From assembly GCA_021202235.1 (NCBI GenBank), contig JAJQDL010000095.1, positions 1 through 41,974 on the forward strand: DNA of 41,974 nt, in the 5' to 3' direction. The notes under the pieces were generated by a model. It was not told the DNA's origin. It made no database searches and saw nothing but the letters and a program-made list of their open reading frames with translations. The DNA comes from Lachnospiraceae bacterium. Its GTDB lineage: Bacteria; Bacillota; Clostridia; Lachnospirales; Lachnospiraceae. How positions within the stretch are numbered: the first letter of the stretch is position 1; each line of letters starts with the position of its first letter. Below, piece by piece: positions 24,783 through 35,022 of this stretch. The position numbers and the translations under genes were made by a program.

Positions 24783-25913
24783 ATGTCGGGAAAACAGACG
24801 AAGCATCAGGAGCTGGCGGAGAAAATCGCAGTTCTGATTTCCGAAGAACATCTTCAGCCGGGAGACAGGTTGTACTCAGAAAATGAGTTGTGTGACATGT
24901 TCTCACTGAGTCGGCAGACCGTGCGCCGGGCTGTTCAGATCCTGGAGGAGGAAGGCCTGGTGGTTCGGGTTCGGGGCAGCGGTACCTACATTGCAGAACC
25001 GCGGGATGATGTTTCTCACCGAAGCGGCCGGATCGCTGTGGTATCTACCTATGTAGACAGCTACATATTTCCCCGGACGATTCAGGGAATGGAGAGTGAG
25101 TTGTCCAGATATGGCTATTCTGTGCAGATTTCTTTCACGGGCAACCGGCTGGATAAGGAGAAGCTGGTTCTGGAGAATCTTCTCGAAGGAAACGATGTAG
25201 CAGGAGTGATCGTGGAGGCTACAAAGAGCGGCCTGCCCAATCCCAACCTGGATCTGTACCGCAGGATTCAGGAACGGAAGATTCCCATGATTTTCTTTAA
25301 TGCTTTCTACCCGGAGCTGGAGGCGCCCCATGTGGCGCTGAACGACGAGAGGGCGGCTTACAAGGCGGTGAAGTACCTCACCGAGAGAGGCCACCGGCAA
25401 ATCGGGGCCATTCTCAAGCTGGACGACGGTCAGGGTCGACTCCGGTATCTGGGTTATCTGAAAGCCATGCGGGAAGCGGAGCTTCCGATGGAGGATGCGA
25501 GGATTGTCTGGCTTGATTCATATGAAGCGAATCAGCTTTCTCTGTGTGTGGATCACTTCTGGAACCGTCTGGAGCCCTGTACGGCTTTGCTCTGTTACAA
25601 TGATCAGGTGGCTTTTCAGTTGATTCAGCTGCTGACAGAGCGGGGGGTTCGTGTGCCGGAGAAGATGTCGGTGATCAGTATCGATGACGCGGATCTGGCC
25701 AGATTGTCTCAGGTACCGATTACTTCTCTGCCTCATCCGAAGGAGCGGCTTGGCGCCAAGACGGCGCAGCAGCTTCTCAGCATGATCCGGGGACGGACGA
25801 AGGACATTACCTACGAATTTGAGACGCGTGTGGTAGAGCGCTCCTCGGTAACAGACTGGTCAGCAGAGAAAGAACGGGAGATGAACGGACAGGGACACCG
25901 GGAAGTATCCTGA
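24783..25913 (+). CDS. araR: AraR-type repressor (GntR wHTH fused to a LacI/GalR-type sugar-binding domain)
   Basis: Start set at MSGKQTKH (GGGAGGTGAGA RBS). SENELCDMFSLSRQTVRRAVQILEEEGLVVRVRGSGTY is a GntR HTH. The remaining roughly 300 aa are periplasmic-binding-fold-like. Confidence 0.8.
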   Translation: MSGKQTKHQELAEKIAVLISEEHLQPGDRLYSENELCDMFSLSRQTVRRAVQILEEEGLVVRVRGSGTYIAEPRDDVSHRSGRIAVVSTYVDSYIFPRTIQGMESELSRYGYSVQISFTGNRLDKEKLVLENLLEGNDVAGVIVEATKSGLPNPNLDLYRRIQERKIPMIFFNAFYPELEAPHVALNDERAAYKAVKYLTERGHRQIGAILKLDDGQGRLRYLGYLKAMREAELPMEDARIVWLDSYEANQLSLCVDHFWNRLEPCTALLCYNDQVAFQLIQLLTERGVRVPEKMSVISIDDADLARLSQVPITSLPHPKERLGAKTAQQLLSMIRGRTKDITYEFETRVVERSSVTDWSAEKEREMNGQGHREVS

Positions 25914-26019
25914 ATCCGATTGAAGGAATTCTGCATGGACGGCGTGTGAAGAAGCGCGGCGGCTGTGAGGAAGAGATACACTATATCACTATTTCTCATT
26001 ATGAAAGGAGAAGAGTAAC

Positions 26020-27132
26020 ATGAAGAAGTTTCTTGCCATGATGCTGGCGCTTGCCATGGTCGCTTCCCTGGCAGCCTGCAGCAGCAGTAGCAGCTCCAGC
26101 GACACCACCGCCGCGGAGACAGAGGCAGCCACCGAGGCCGCTGAGACGGAAGGCACCGATGAGACCGAAGCCGCTGATTCCACAACCGGTGACGGCGAAC
26201 TGATCACTGTCGGTTTCGCGCAGGTGGGACATGAGTCCGACTGGCGTACCGCTTCCACACAGTCCTGCCAGGATGTGTTCTGTGAGGCCAACGGCTACGA
26301 GCTGGTCTTCGTGGACTGCGATCAGGACTCCGCCGCGCAGCTGGATGCGGTCCGTAACTTTATTGAGCAGGATGTCGACTACGTCATCATCGACCCCATC
26401 GTCTCCACCGGCTGGGACACTGTCCTGACTGAGTGTGAAGAGGCCGGTATCCCGGTTATCGTCATCGACCGTACCATCGACGATTCTGACAATTACACTG
26501 CCTGGGTCGGCTCTGACTTCACCGCTGAAGGTTATGCCGCAGGTGAGTGGCTGAACGCCTATGCTGAGGCCAAGGGCATTGAGATCTCCGGTATCCTCGT
26601 GATTGAGGGCACCACCGGTTCCTCCGCACAGCTTGGCCGTACCGAGGGCTTCCAGGAGATCGCTGACAACTATGGCTGGACGATCCTTGATTCTCAGGAC
26701 GGTGACTTCACCGAGGCCGGCGGACAGGAAGTTATGGAATCCTACTGCCAGAGCTACTCTGGACAGTTCAACGTGGTTATCTGCCAGAACGATAACGAGG
26801 CCTTCGGCGCTATGACCGCTATGGATGCGGCCGGTATCACCTACGGCGTAGACGGCGACGTGATTCTGATCTCCTTCGATGCCTGCACCGCGGGTCTTGA
26901 GTATGTCCAGGCCGGTTCCATCAATGCTGACTTTGAGTGCAACCCTCTGGCGGCTCCGTTCGTGGCTGAAATCATCGAGTCCCTGGAAGCCGGTGAAGAG
27001 GTCGAGTCCACTGTGTACATGACTGAGCACTGGTATGTGGCTGAGGAGGATGTCCTGACCTCCATCACCGTGAATGGTGAAGAACAGGAACTGACGTATG
27101 TAACCGACGAGATCGTCGAGGCGCAGTACTAA
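26020..27132 (+). CDS. ABC sugar-binding lipoprotein, YtfQ-like (furanose-binding type)
   Basis: Lipobox LAAC plus a Ser/Thr/acidic linker. ITVGFAQVGHESDWRTA and VIIDPIVSTGWDTVLTECEEAGIPVIVIDR parallel E. coli YtfQ (VGFSQVGSESGWR...). Confidence 0.8.
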   Translation: MKKFLAMMLALAMVASLAACSSSSSSSDTTAAETEAATEAAETEGTDETEAADSTTGDGELITVGFAQVGHESDWRTASTQSCQDVFCEANGYELVFVDCDQDSAAQLDAVRNFIEQDVDYVIIDPIVSTGWDTVLTECEEAGIPVIVIDRTIDDSDNYTAWVGSDFTAEGYAAGEWLNAYAEAKGIEISGILVIEGTTGSSAQLGRTEGFQEIADNYGWTILDSQDGDFTEAGGQEVMESYCQSYSGQFNVVICQNDNEAFGAMTAMDAAGITYGVDGDVILISFDACTAGLEYVQAGSINADFECNPLAAPFVAEIIESLEAGEEVESTVYMTEHWYVAEEDVLTSITVNGEEQELTYVTDEIVEAQY

Positions 27133-27208
27133 TAAAGAACTGAATATATACTGACGGCGTTCGCCGTACGGTATCGAACGACAAACTGATCTTGTACAGA
27201 AAGCTCAG

Positions 27209-27243
27209 GGCGGCCCCAGGCTCTACCGGGGCCGCCTCTTTTA
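27209..27243 (+). terminator. Intra-operon hairpin/attenuator after the binding-protein gene
   Basis: GGCGGCCCC pairs with GGGGCCGCC and is followed by TCTTTTA. It lies within the 227-nt gap before the ATPase gene. Confidence 0.5.
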
Positions 27244-27359
27244 CTGCTGCACAGAACCGAATGCGAAATTCTGCGGCGGATGCCGCTTTGGTCCGCGCAG
27301 CGGGCAGGCGTGAAAAACGTCCTGCTTCATCGATTTTGAGGAGAGAAGGGACGGATAGC

Positions 27360-28880
27360 ATGGAACATGATATTGTAGTGACAATGCGCGGTATTACCAT
27401 GGAGTTCCCCGGAGTCAAGGCATTGGACAGCGTGGATTTCACGCTTCGCAAGGGCGAGATTCATGCGCTGATGGGGGAGAACGGCGCAGGCAAGTCCACG
27501 CTGATCAAGTGTCTGACCGGTATCAACGATTTCCAGGCCGGTGAGATCCATGTGGACGGCGTGGAGGGAACGGTGAAGAACCACTCGACCATGGATGCGC
27601 AGCGGGTGGGTATCTCCACCGTGTATCAGGAGGTGAACCTCTGCCCCAATCTGAGTGTGGCGGAGAACCTTTTCATCGGCCGCGAGCCCACCACAAAGCT
27701 TGGAACAGTGGATCGGAAGGCCATGGTGCGCCAGGCTGCGAAGCTGGCGGAAGAACTGGACATCCAGGTGGATGTTACACAGAACCTGGAGAATTATTCC
27801 CTGGCGATTCAGCAGATGATCGCGATTGCCCGGGCCGTAGATATGGATTGTAAAGTTCTGATTCTGGATGAACCGACTTCTTCGCTGGACGACACGGAGG
27901 TAGAGAAGCTCTTTACCCTGATGCGTCGTTTGCGGGATCAGGGCGTGGGAATTGTTTTTGTAACACATTTCCTGGAGCAGGTCTACGCGGTCTGTGACCG
28001 GATCACCGTGCTGCGCAACGGCACCCTGGTGGGTGAATATCCAATCGAAGATCTGCCCCGCGTCAAGCTGGTGGCGGCCATGATGGGCAAGGATTTTGAT
28101 GACCTGGCAGCGATCAAGCCGGAGGGAAGCAGGGATTACAGTGGGGCACCGATGGAGATTGACGCCAAGGGACTGAGTCACAAGGGAACTATAAAACCCT
28201 TTGATATGGAGATTCATAAGGGTGAGGTGGTCGGCCTTACAGGTCTGCTAGGTTCCGGCCGCAGTGAGCTGGCGCGGACAATCTACGGTGCAGACCGCGC
28301 ACAGAGCGGGACGCTGAAGGTGGCCGGGGAAGAAGCGAAGATCAAGCAGCCGATCGATGCCATGAATAAGGGCATGGGGCTGCTGCCTGACGACCGGAAG
28401 GAGGAGGGCATCATCGGTGATCTGTCGGTGCGCGAGAATATCATCCTGGCACTGCAGGCCAAGCGGGGGATGATGCGCCCGCTGTCCCGTGCCAAGCAGG
28501 AGGAGATCGCCGATCGGTACATCGATCTTCTGCAGATCAAGACGGCTACGCGGGAGACTCCCATCCGTCAGCTTTCAGGCGGGAATCAGCAGAAGGCGAT
28601 TCTGGCCCGTTGGCTGGCCACCGATCCGGACTTCCTGATTCTGGATGAACCGACCCGGGGTATCGATATCGGAACCAAGACGGAGATTCAGAAACTGATC
28701 GTGCAGCTATCGGAGGAGGGAAAGAGTGTTATGTTTATTTCCTCCGAGATTGAGGAGATGCTGCGAACCTGCAACCGTATGGCAGTGCTGCGTGACGGGG
28801 AGAAGGTCGGCGAGCTGGACGGAGAGCTGACTCAGGAGCGGGTCATGGCTGCGATCGCGGGAGGTGCAAATGATGAATGA
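27360..28880 (+). CDS. Sugar ABC transporter ATP-binding protein (duplicated ATPase, YtfR-like)
   Basis: Start set at MEHDIVV (GAGGAGAGAAGGG RBS). Walker A motifs are GENGAGKST and GLLGSGRSE, and the signature is LSGGNQQK. Confidence 0.9.
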   Translation: MEHDIVVTMRGITMEFPGVKALDSVDFTLRKGEIHALMGENGAGKSTLIKCLTGINDFQAGEIHVDGVEGTVKNHSTMDAQRVGISTVYQEVNLCPNLSVAENLFIGREPTTKLGTVDRKAMVRQAAKLAEELDIQVDVTQNLENYSLAIQQMIAIARAVDMDCKVLILDEPTSSLDDTEVEKLFTLMRRLRDQGVGIVFVTHFLEQVYAVCDRITVLRNGTLVGEYPIEDLPRVKLVAAMMGKDFDDLAAIKPEGSRDYSGAPMEIDAKGLSHKGTIKPFDMEIHKGEVVGLTGLLGSGRSELARTIYGADRAQSGTLKVAGEEAKIKQPIDAMNKGMGLLPDDRKEEGIIGDLSVRENIILALQAKRGMMRPLSRAKQEEIADRYIDLLQIKTATRETPIRQLSGGNQQKAILARWLATDPDFLILDEPTRGIDIGTKTEIQKLIVQLSEEGKSVMFISSEIEEMLRTCNRMAVLRDGEKVGELDGELTQERVMAAIAGGANDE

Positions 28881-29949
28881 TAAATTGAAAAAACTGACCG
28901 GCAAGGCGCTGTTTCTGCCGATATTCTGTATGATTCTGGTGCTCTGCATCAATGTCGTCTATGATATCGCGCAGGGAAACCGCTTCTATGATTTCTTCGT
29001 GATCTCCATTCAGAATGGAGTGCTGTATGGTCGTCTGATCACGGTGCTGAACCGCGGCAGTGAGGTAGCAATCCTGGCCATCGGTATGACGCTGGTTGTC
29101 TCGGCCTCCGCAGGTACTGATATTTCGGTCGGTTCCGTCATGAGCCTGTGTGCTTCTTTGTGCTGTATGCTGATCGCCGGATTCGGCGTGACCAGTGTAG
29201 CTTCGGCGGCTGATTTTGCCTGTCCTATGGTTGTGGGTATGCTGGCCGGTGTCCTCATCGGTGCTGTCTGCGGCGCCTTCAACGGGACCCTGGTGGCGTA
29301 TCTGAATATTCAGCCTATGGTAGCAACGCTGATTCTCTATACGGCGGCGCGTTCGATCGGCCTGTTGCTCTGCAACAATATGATCGTTTATATCCGTACG
29401 GATGCCTACGGTCTGCTGGGCTCCGGCAGCATCGGTGTGATTCCCACTCCGATCATCGTGGCGGCGGTCTGTGTCGCGGTGACCATGATCGTACTGAAGA
29501 AGACGGCCATGGGCATGTACATTCAGTCCGTGGGTATCAATAAGAAGGCCAGCCGTATCGCCGGTCTGAACTCCAAGAGGATCATCTTCCTGTGCTATGT
29601 GCTCTGCGGCCTCTTCGCGGGCATCGCAGGCATCGTTGCCTCCTCGCGGATCACCAGTGCTGATTCCAATAACATCGGCCTGAACTATGAGATGGATGCC
29701 ATCCTGGCTGTGGCGCTGGGCGGCAACAGCCTGGGCGGCGGCAAATTCAACCTGGCAGGCTCCATCATCGGCGCCTATACCATTCAGGCGATTACGACGA
29801 CGATGTACGCCATGGGCGTTTCGACGTCTCAGGCGCCGGTATTTAAGGCAATCGTCATTATCATCATCGTGGCCATCCAGTCTCCGGTTGTCAAGGCCTG
29901 GTTCAGTAAACACACGAGCCACAAGGAAAAGGAGGCTGTGAAAGCATGA
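28870..29949 (+). CDS. Sugar ABC transporter permease (YtfT-like)
   Basis: Multi-TM protein whose start overlaps the ATPase stop (GGGAGGTG RBS). The exact start (28864, 28870 or 28873) is uncertain. Confidence 0.85.
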   Translation: MMNDKLKKLTGKALFLPIFCMILVLCINVVYDIAQGNRFYDFFVISIQNGVLYGRLITVLNRGSEVAILAIGMTLVVSASAGTDISVGSVMSLCASLCCMLIAGFGVTSVASAADFACPMVVGMLAGVLIGAVCGAFNGTLVAYLNIQPMVATLILYTAARSIGLLLCNNMIVYIRTDAYGLLGSGSIGVIPTPIIVAAVCVAVTMIVLKKTAMGMYIQSVGINKKASRIAGLNSKRIIFLCYVLCGLFAGIAGIVASSRITSADSNNIGLNYEMDAILAVALGGNSLGGGKFNLAGSIIGAYTIQAITTTMYAMGVSTSQAPVFKAIVIIIIVAIQSPVVKAWFSKHTSHKEKEAVKA

Positions 29950-30983
29950 AGACGAAAGAGAATAGAAAAATCAACAGCAACACACTGCTTCTTCTGATCA
30001 CCATCCTTCTTTTTATTGTGCTGTATGGCGTGGGACGTGCGATCTATGCCGGCAAGGGCTTCACGCATGTGCAGACCTTCCTGAATATTCTGATTAACAA
30101 TGCCGGTCTGATCTGCGTGGCCTGCGGCATGACCTGCGTGATGCTCACCGGAGGTATCGATATCTCCGTTGGCTCTCTGATCGCCATGGACTGCATGCTG
30201 CTGTCTGTGGGCATGAGCAAATGGGGCATGAATGCCATCGTGATGTGTGTCCTGGTTCTGGCGATCGGCGTGGTGTTTGGCATGGTGCAGGGCTATCTGA
30301 TCGGCTATCTGGAGATTCAGCCCTTCATCATTACTATGGCCGGTATGTTCTTCGCCCGCGGTATGACGGCGGTGATCTGCACCGAGCAGGTCTCCATCAC
30401 GGAAGCAGACAGTGCGCTGTTCTATCAGTGGGCGAACCTCAAGATCAAGCTGCCGGCATTTCTGGGCTATACCAACAGCAAGGGTGTAGTACAGGTTCCC
30501 TACATCCGGGTCGGCGTGGTCGTGGCTCTGCTGGTTCTGATCGTTGTATTCCTGATGCTGCGCTATACGAAATTCGGCCGCAGTCTCTATGCGGTGGGCG
30601 GCAGCGCCCAGTCGGCAGCCATGATGGGACTGGATGTAAAGAAAACGAAGATGAAAGCTTATACTCTCTCCTCTTTCCTGTGCTCGATCGGCGGTATCTG
30701 CTACTGTCTGAATACGATGTCCGGCAGTGTGCAGCAGGCGACGGGTCTGGAAATGGATGCCATTGCCTCCTCGGTTATCGGCGGTACGCTGCTGACCGGC
30801 GGCGTGGGCAACGTCATTGGCTCCTTCTTCGGCGTGCTGATCAATGGAACGATTTCTTCAATCGTTAAGACCAACGGGAAGCTGGCCAGCTCCTGGCCCA
30901 ATATCCTGACAGCGGCTTTGCTGTGCTTCTTCATCGTTCTGCAGAGTGTGTTCGCCCTGCTGAAGGACCGGAATAAGAAATGA
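29946..30983 (+). CDS. Sugar ABC transporter permease (YjfF-like)
   Basis: Multi-TM paralogue of the preceding permease. ATGA start/stop overlap. Confidence 0.85.
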   Translation: MKTKENRKINSNTLLLLITILLFIVLYGVGRAIYAGKGFTHVQTFLNILINNAGLICVACGMTCVMLTGGIDISVGSLIAMDCMLLSVGMSKWGMNAIVMCVLVLAIGVVFGMVQGYLIGYLEIQPFIITMAGMFFARGMTAVICTEQVSITEADSALFYQWANLKIKLPAFLGYTNSKGVVQVPYIRVGVVVALLVLIVVFLMLRYTKFGRSLYAVGGSAQSAAMMGLDVKKTKMKAYTLSSFLCSIGGICYCLNTMSGSVQQATGLEMDAIASSVIGGTLLTGGVGNVIGSFFGVLINGTISSIVKTNGKLASSWPNILTAALLCFFIVLQSVFALLKDRNKK

Positions 30984-31054
30984 TGACGCGTTGGGGCAGA
31001 ACGCGGGAATCCTGCGTTTCTGACCCCTGAATGTAAAAAAAGAGGTGTTTAATC

Positions 31055-32650
31055 ATGAGGCAAGAAGACAAGACAGTGCTTCAGGAGGGGCAGGCCTGCC
31101 TGGGGATCGAGCTGGGCTCCACCCGGATTAAGGCTGTGCTGATCGGCCCGGATCACCGCCCTCTGGCTTCCGGTGATTACGGCTGGGAGAACCGTTATGA
31201 GAACGGCGTCTGGACTTATCCTCTGGAGGAAGTCTGGTGCGGCCTGCAGGCGGCCTATGCGGCACTGCGCGAACAGGTGCAGGAGGAGTATGGTGTAACG
31301 CTGCGGCGGGTGAAGGCCATGGGCTTTTCTGCGATGATGCATGGTTATCTGCCTTTCAGTGAGGAGGGACGTCTGCTGACTCCCTTCCGCACATGGAGGA
31401 ATACGATCACCGGTCCGGCAGCAGAAGAACTCAGTGGGCTGTTTTCCTTTAATATTCCACAGCGCTGGTCGATCGCCCATCTGTATCAGGCGATATTAAA
31501 CGAAGAGGAACACGTGAAAGATATCGCTTTCCTGACGACGCTGGCCGGTTACGTCCACTGGATGCTGACCGGAGAGAAGGTGCTGGGAGTGGGAGAGGCC
31601 AGCGGCATGTTTCCCATTGACAGTGAGACCGGCGATTACAATGCGGCCATGATGGCGCAGTTCGATGAACTGATAGCCTCCCGGAACTATCCCTGGAAGC
31701 TGCGGGACATCCTGCCCGGAGTTCTTCCGGCGGGGGTGTCGGCCGGTGTTCTGACGGAAGAGGGGGCCCGGAGGCTCGATCCTTCCGGCGAGCTTACAGC
31801 GGGGATTCCCGTGTGTCCGCCGGAGGGTGATGCGGGCACCGGTATGGCGGCGACCAATTCCGTGGCTGTCCGCACTGGCAATGTGTCCGCAGGAACCAGC
31901 GTGTTCTCCATGGTAGTGCTGGAAAAACTGCCCGCCCGGGTGCACTCGGAGATTGATCTGGTGACCACCCCCACCGGAAAACCGGTGGCTATGGTTCACT
32001 GTAATAACTGTACCAATGAAATCAATGCCTGGGCTTCGGTGCTGAGAGGGTTCCTTACATCCCTGGGGCAGACGCCCGATATGAATCAGATCTATACGTC
32101 CATTTTCGCCACCGCTCTGGAAGGGGAGGCGGATGCGGGCGGTCTGCTGTTGTACAATTATCTGTCCGGCGAGCCGGTCACAGGCCTCACTGAGGGGCGG
32201 CCGCTGCTGGTGCGTGCGCCTGAGGGACGGCTGACCTACCCTAACCTGATGCGGGCTCAGCTCTATGCGGCGCTGGCGACGCTGAAGATCGGCAACGACA
32301 TTCTGGCGGAGGAGCAGGTGCGTATTGACCGGATGTTCGGACACGGCGGTTTCTTCAAGACTCCCGTGGCTGGCCAGCGGATTCTGGCGGCGGCGTTGCG
32401 CGCGCCGGTCTCCGTCATGGAGACAGCCGGAGAGGGCGGCCCCTGGGGCATGGCGCTGCTCGCTGCCTATATGGTGAACCGTGCGGAGGGTGAGAGTCTG
32501 GAGGAGTATCTGGAAACACAGGTGTTTGCCGGTGCACGTTGCGAGACGGTGGAACCGGAGGCGGAGGATGTGAAGGGCTTTGACGCTTTCCTGTCCCGCT
32601 ATCGGAAGGGTCTGGCCGTGGAGCGGACTGCCGTGGAAAATATTTGTTAG
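31055..32650 (+). CDS. FGGY-family carbohydrate kinase, probable L-ribulokinase of the clostridial AraK type
   Basis: N-terminal actin-fold phosphate-1 motif [13 protein letters not shown] and the later [10 protein letters not shown]. Its position between the transporter and araA-araD suggests the ribulokinase step. Confidence 0.7.
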   Translation: MRQEDKTVLQEGQACLGIELGSTRIKAVLIGPDHRPLASGDYGWENRYENGVWTYPLEEVWCGLQAAYAALREQVQEEYGVTLRRVKAMGFSAMMHGYLPFSEEGRLLTPFRTWRNTITGPAAEELSGLFSFNIPQRWSIAHLYQAILNEEEHVKDIAFLTTLAGYVHWMLTGEKVLGVGEASGMFPIDSETGDYNAAMMAQFDELIASRNYPWKLRDILPGVLPAGVSAGVLTEEGARRLDPSGELTAGIPVCPPEGDAGTGMAATNSVAVRTGNVSAGTSVFSMVVLEKLPARVHSEIDLVTTPTGKPVAMVHCNNCTNEINAWASVLRGFLTSLGQTPDMNQIYTSIFATALEGEADAGGLLLYNYLSGEPVTGLTEGRPLLVRAPEGRLTYPNLMRAQLYAALATLKIGNDILAEEQVRIDRMFGHGGFFKTPVAGQRILAAALRAPVSVMETAGEGGPWGMALLAAYMVNRAEGESLEEYLETQVFAGARCETVEPEAEDVKGFDAFLSRYRKGLAVERTAVENIC

Positions 32651-32684
32651 GATTGCGGGTATGCGTCAGCGCGTAGCAATCCGT
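32646..32684 (+). repeat. Copy 1 of a roughly 39-nt conserved hairpin element (GTTAGGATTGCGGG...AGCAATCCGT)
   Basis: GGATTGC/GCAATCC outer stem with a GC-rich inner stem TATGCG/CGCGTA. It overlaps the kinase stop codon. A second copy lies at 38038-38075. Confidence 0.65.
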
Positions 32685-32760
32685 GTATCAAATAAAAGAA
32701 TGGGATACCGGAGTATACGGCGCATCCTGTAACTGAGCGAGGATGAAGGGAGAAACAGTG

Positions 32761-34224
32761 ATGAGAGACTATCAGTTTTGGTTTGTGGTGGGCAGTCAGG
32801 ATCTGTACGGACCGGAGGTGCTGGGCACAGTGGCCGCTCGTGCCGCCGAGATGGCGGAGGCGATGAGCCGGGATCTGCCCTACCCTCTGGTCTACAAGGT
32901 GACGGCAGACACCAACCGGCAGATCGCCGACGTGGTGCGGGAAGCCAATTATGACCCTGCCTGTGCCGGAATCGTGACCTGGTGCCATACCTTTTCACCC
33001 AGCAAGATGTGGATCAACGGCCTGTCGAACCTGCAGAAGCCGTACTGTCACCTGGCAACGCAATATAATGTGGAGATCCCCAACAAGGAGATCGACATGG
33101 ATTTCATGAACCTGAACCAGGCGGCGCACGGCGACCGGGAGCATGGCTTCATCGGCGCCCGTATGCGTATGGCCCGGAAGATCATTGCCGGTCACTGGCA
33201 GGATGAGACGGTCCGCCGGCGTCTGGGAGACTGGATGAAGGCTGCGGTGGGGGCTGCCTTTTCCCGGGAACTCTGTGTCATGCGTTTCGGTGACAACATG
33301 CGTGAAGTGGCCGTCACCGAGGGCGATAAGGTTGAGGTTCAGAAGAAGCTGGGCTGGCAGGTGAATACCTGGCCTGTGGGTCAGCTGGTTGAGGAGATGG
33401 ATGCCGTCACTGAGGCGGACATCGACGCCCTGATGGAGACCTACGCAGCACAGTATGATTTTGCCACAGACGATCTGGAAACCGTGCGTTATCAGGCACG
33501 GGAAGAGATCGCCATGAAGCGGATGATGGACCGGGAAGGCTGCCGGGCCTTCAGCAACACGTTCCAGGATCTCTACGGCATGCGTCAGCTGCCCGGCCTG
33601 GCCTCTCAGCATCTGATGGCGCAGGGGTACGGTTACGGCGGCGAGGGTGACTGGAAGGTCGCCGCCATGACTACGATCCTGAAGGTCATGGGTGAAAATG
33701 GAAACGGCGCCTCGGCCTTCATGGAGGATTACACATATCATTTGGTACCTGGTCATCAGTACAGCCTGGGTGCGCATATGCTGGAGGTCTGCCCCAGCGT
33801 GGCCGCGGCCCGTCCGCGGATCGAGGTACACCCTCTGGGCATCGGCAACCGGGAGGATCCCGCCCGCCTGGTGTTCGAAGGGAAGGAAGGCGACGGCATC
33901 GTGGTCAGCCTGATTGATATGGGGGGTCGTCTGCGCCTGATCGTGCAGGATATTCATTGCGTTAAACCGATCATGGAGATGCCGAACCTGCCGGTAGCCC
34001 GTGTCATGTGGCAGCCGGAGCCGAGTCTGACCACCGGTGTTGAGTGCTGGATTACAGCCGGCGGCGCACACCACACCGTGCTCAGCTATGATGTCACGGC
34101 GGAGCAGATGCGCGACTGGGCACGGATCATGGATATTGAGTTCGTACACATTACGAAGGACACCACTGTGGAGTCTCTGGAGCACGACCTCTTCCTGTCT
34201 GACCTGGCCTGGAAGCTGAAATAG
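32761..34224 (+). CDS. araA: L-arabinose isomerase
   Basis: Start set at MRDYQFWFVVGSQDLYG, the canonical AraA N-terminus. Length is about 487 aa. GAAGGGAGA RBS. Confidence 0.95.
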   Translation: MRDYQFWFVVGSQDLYGPEVLGTVAARAAEMAEAMSRDLPYPLVYKVTADTNRQIADVVREANYDPACAGIVTWCHTFSPSKMWINGLSNLQKPYCHLATQYNVEIPNKEIDMDFMNLNQAAHGDREHGFIGARMRMARKIIAGHWQDETVRRRLGDWMKAAVGAAFSRELCVMRFGDNMREVAVTEGDKVEVQKKLGWQVNTWPVGQLVEEMDAVTEADIDALMETYAAQYDFATDDLETVRYQAREEIAMKRMMDREGCRAFSNTFQDLYGMRQLPGLASQHLMAQGYGYGGEGDWKVAAMTTILKVMGENGNGASAFMEDYTYHLVPGHQYSLGAHMLEVCPSVAAARPRIEVHPLGIGNREDPARLVFEGKEGDGIVVSLIDMGGRLRLIVQDIHCVKPIMEMPNLPVARVMWQPEPSLTTGVECWITAGGAHHTVLSYDVTAEQMRDWARIMDIEFVHITKDTTVESLEHDLFLSDLAWKLK

Positions 34225-34233
34225 GAGGGTGCC

Positions 34234-34929
34234 ATGTTAGAAGAACTGAAACAGACGGTACTGGAAGCGAACCTTCTGCTTCCGAAGCATCAGCTCATTA
34301 CCTTTACCTGGGGCAATGTGTCCGGCATCGATCGGGAAAAAGGCCTCGTAGTCATCAAGCCCTCCGGGGTGGAGTATGATGGAATGACGGCCGACGATAT
34401 GGTAGTAGTGGACCTGGATGGAAACCGGGTGGAGGGGCGCTATAAGCCCTCCAGCGACACGCCTACCCATGTGGCGCTTTACCGGGCCTTCCCGGGGCTG
34501 GGCGGCATCGTGCATACCCACAGCCGTTGGGCCACCTCCTTTGCCCAGGCCGGGCGGGGCGTGCCCGCCATGGGAACCACGCAGGGAGATTATTTCTATG
34601 GAGAGATTCCCTGCACGCGGAGGATGACACCGGAGGAAATCGCCGGAGCGTACGAGGCTGAGACCGGAAATGTTATCATCGAGACCTTCCAGACACGGGG
34701 TATTGATCCGGATCAGGTACCGGCGGTGCTGGTGCACAGCCACGGCCCCTTCACCTGGGGGACCGATCCTATGAATGCCGTACACAACGCGGTGGTGCTG
34801 GAGGAAGTCGCTTTCATGGATTTCCATGCCATGATGCTGGAACCGGGGCTGCCGCCGATGCAGCAGGAACTGCTTGATAAGCACTACCTGCGTAAGCACG
34901 GAGCCAATGCCTATTACGGGCAGAAATGA
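34234..34929 (+). CDS. araD: L-ribulose-5-phosphate 4-epimerase
   Basis: 231 aa, class II aldolase fold. [20 protein letters not shown] and VHTHSRWAT are typical AraD segments. Confidence 0.9.
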   Translation: MLEELKQTVLEANLLLPKHQLITFTWGNVSGIDREKGLVVIKPSGVEYDGMTADDMVVVDLDGNRVEGRYKPSSDTPTHVALYRAFPGLGGIVHTHSRWATSFAQAGRGVPAMGTTQGDYFYGEIPCTRRMTPEEIAGAYEAETGNVIIETFQTRGIDPDQVPAVLVHSHGPFTWGTDPMNAVHNAVVLEEVAFMDFHAMMLEPGLPPMQQELLDKHYLRKHGANAYYGQK

Positions 34930-34997
34930 CAAAATAAATAAGAATGCGCTTTGCGCATCCGCCGGAGGTTTTCGAAAGTACGAAGGACTTTCCTATA

Positions 34998-35022
34998 CGA
35001 AAAAGCGCCCCGGATGGGGCGT
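34998..35022 (-). terminator. Rho-independent terminator of cca
   Basis: On the minus strand ACGCCCC-ATCC-GGGGCGC followed by TTTTTCG, directly after the stop codon. Confidence 0.6.
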
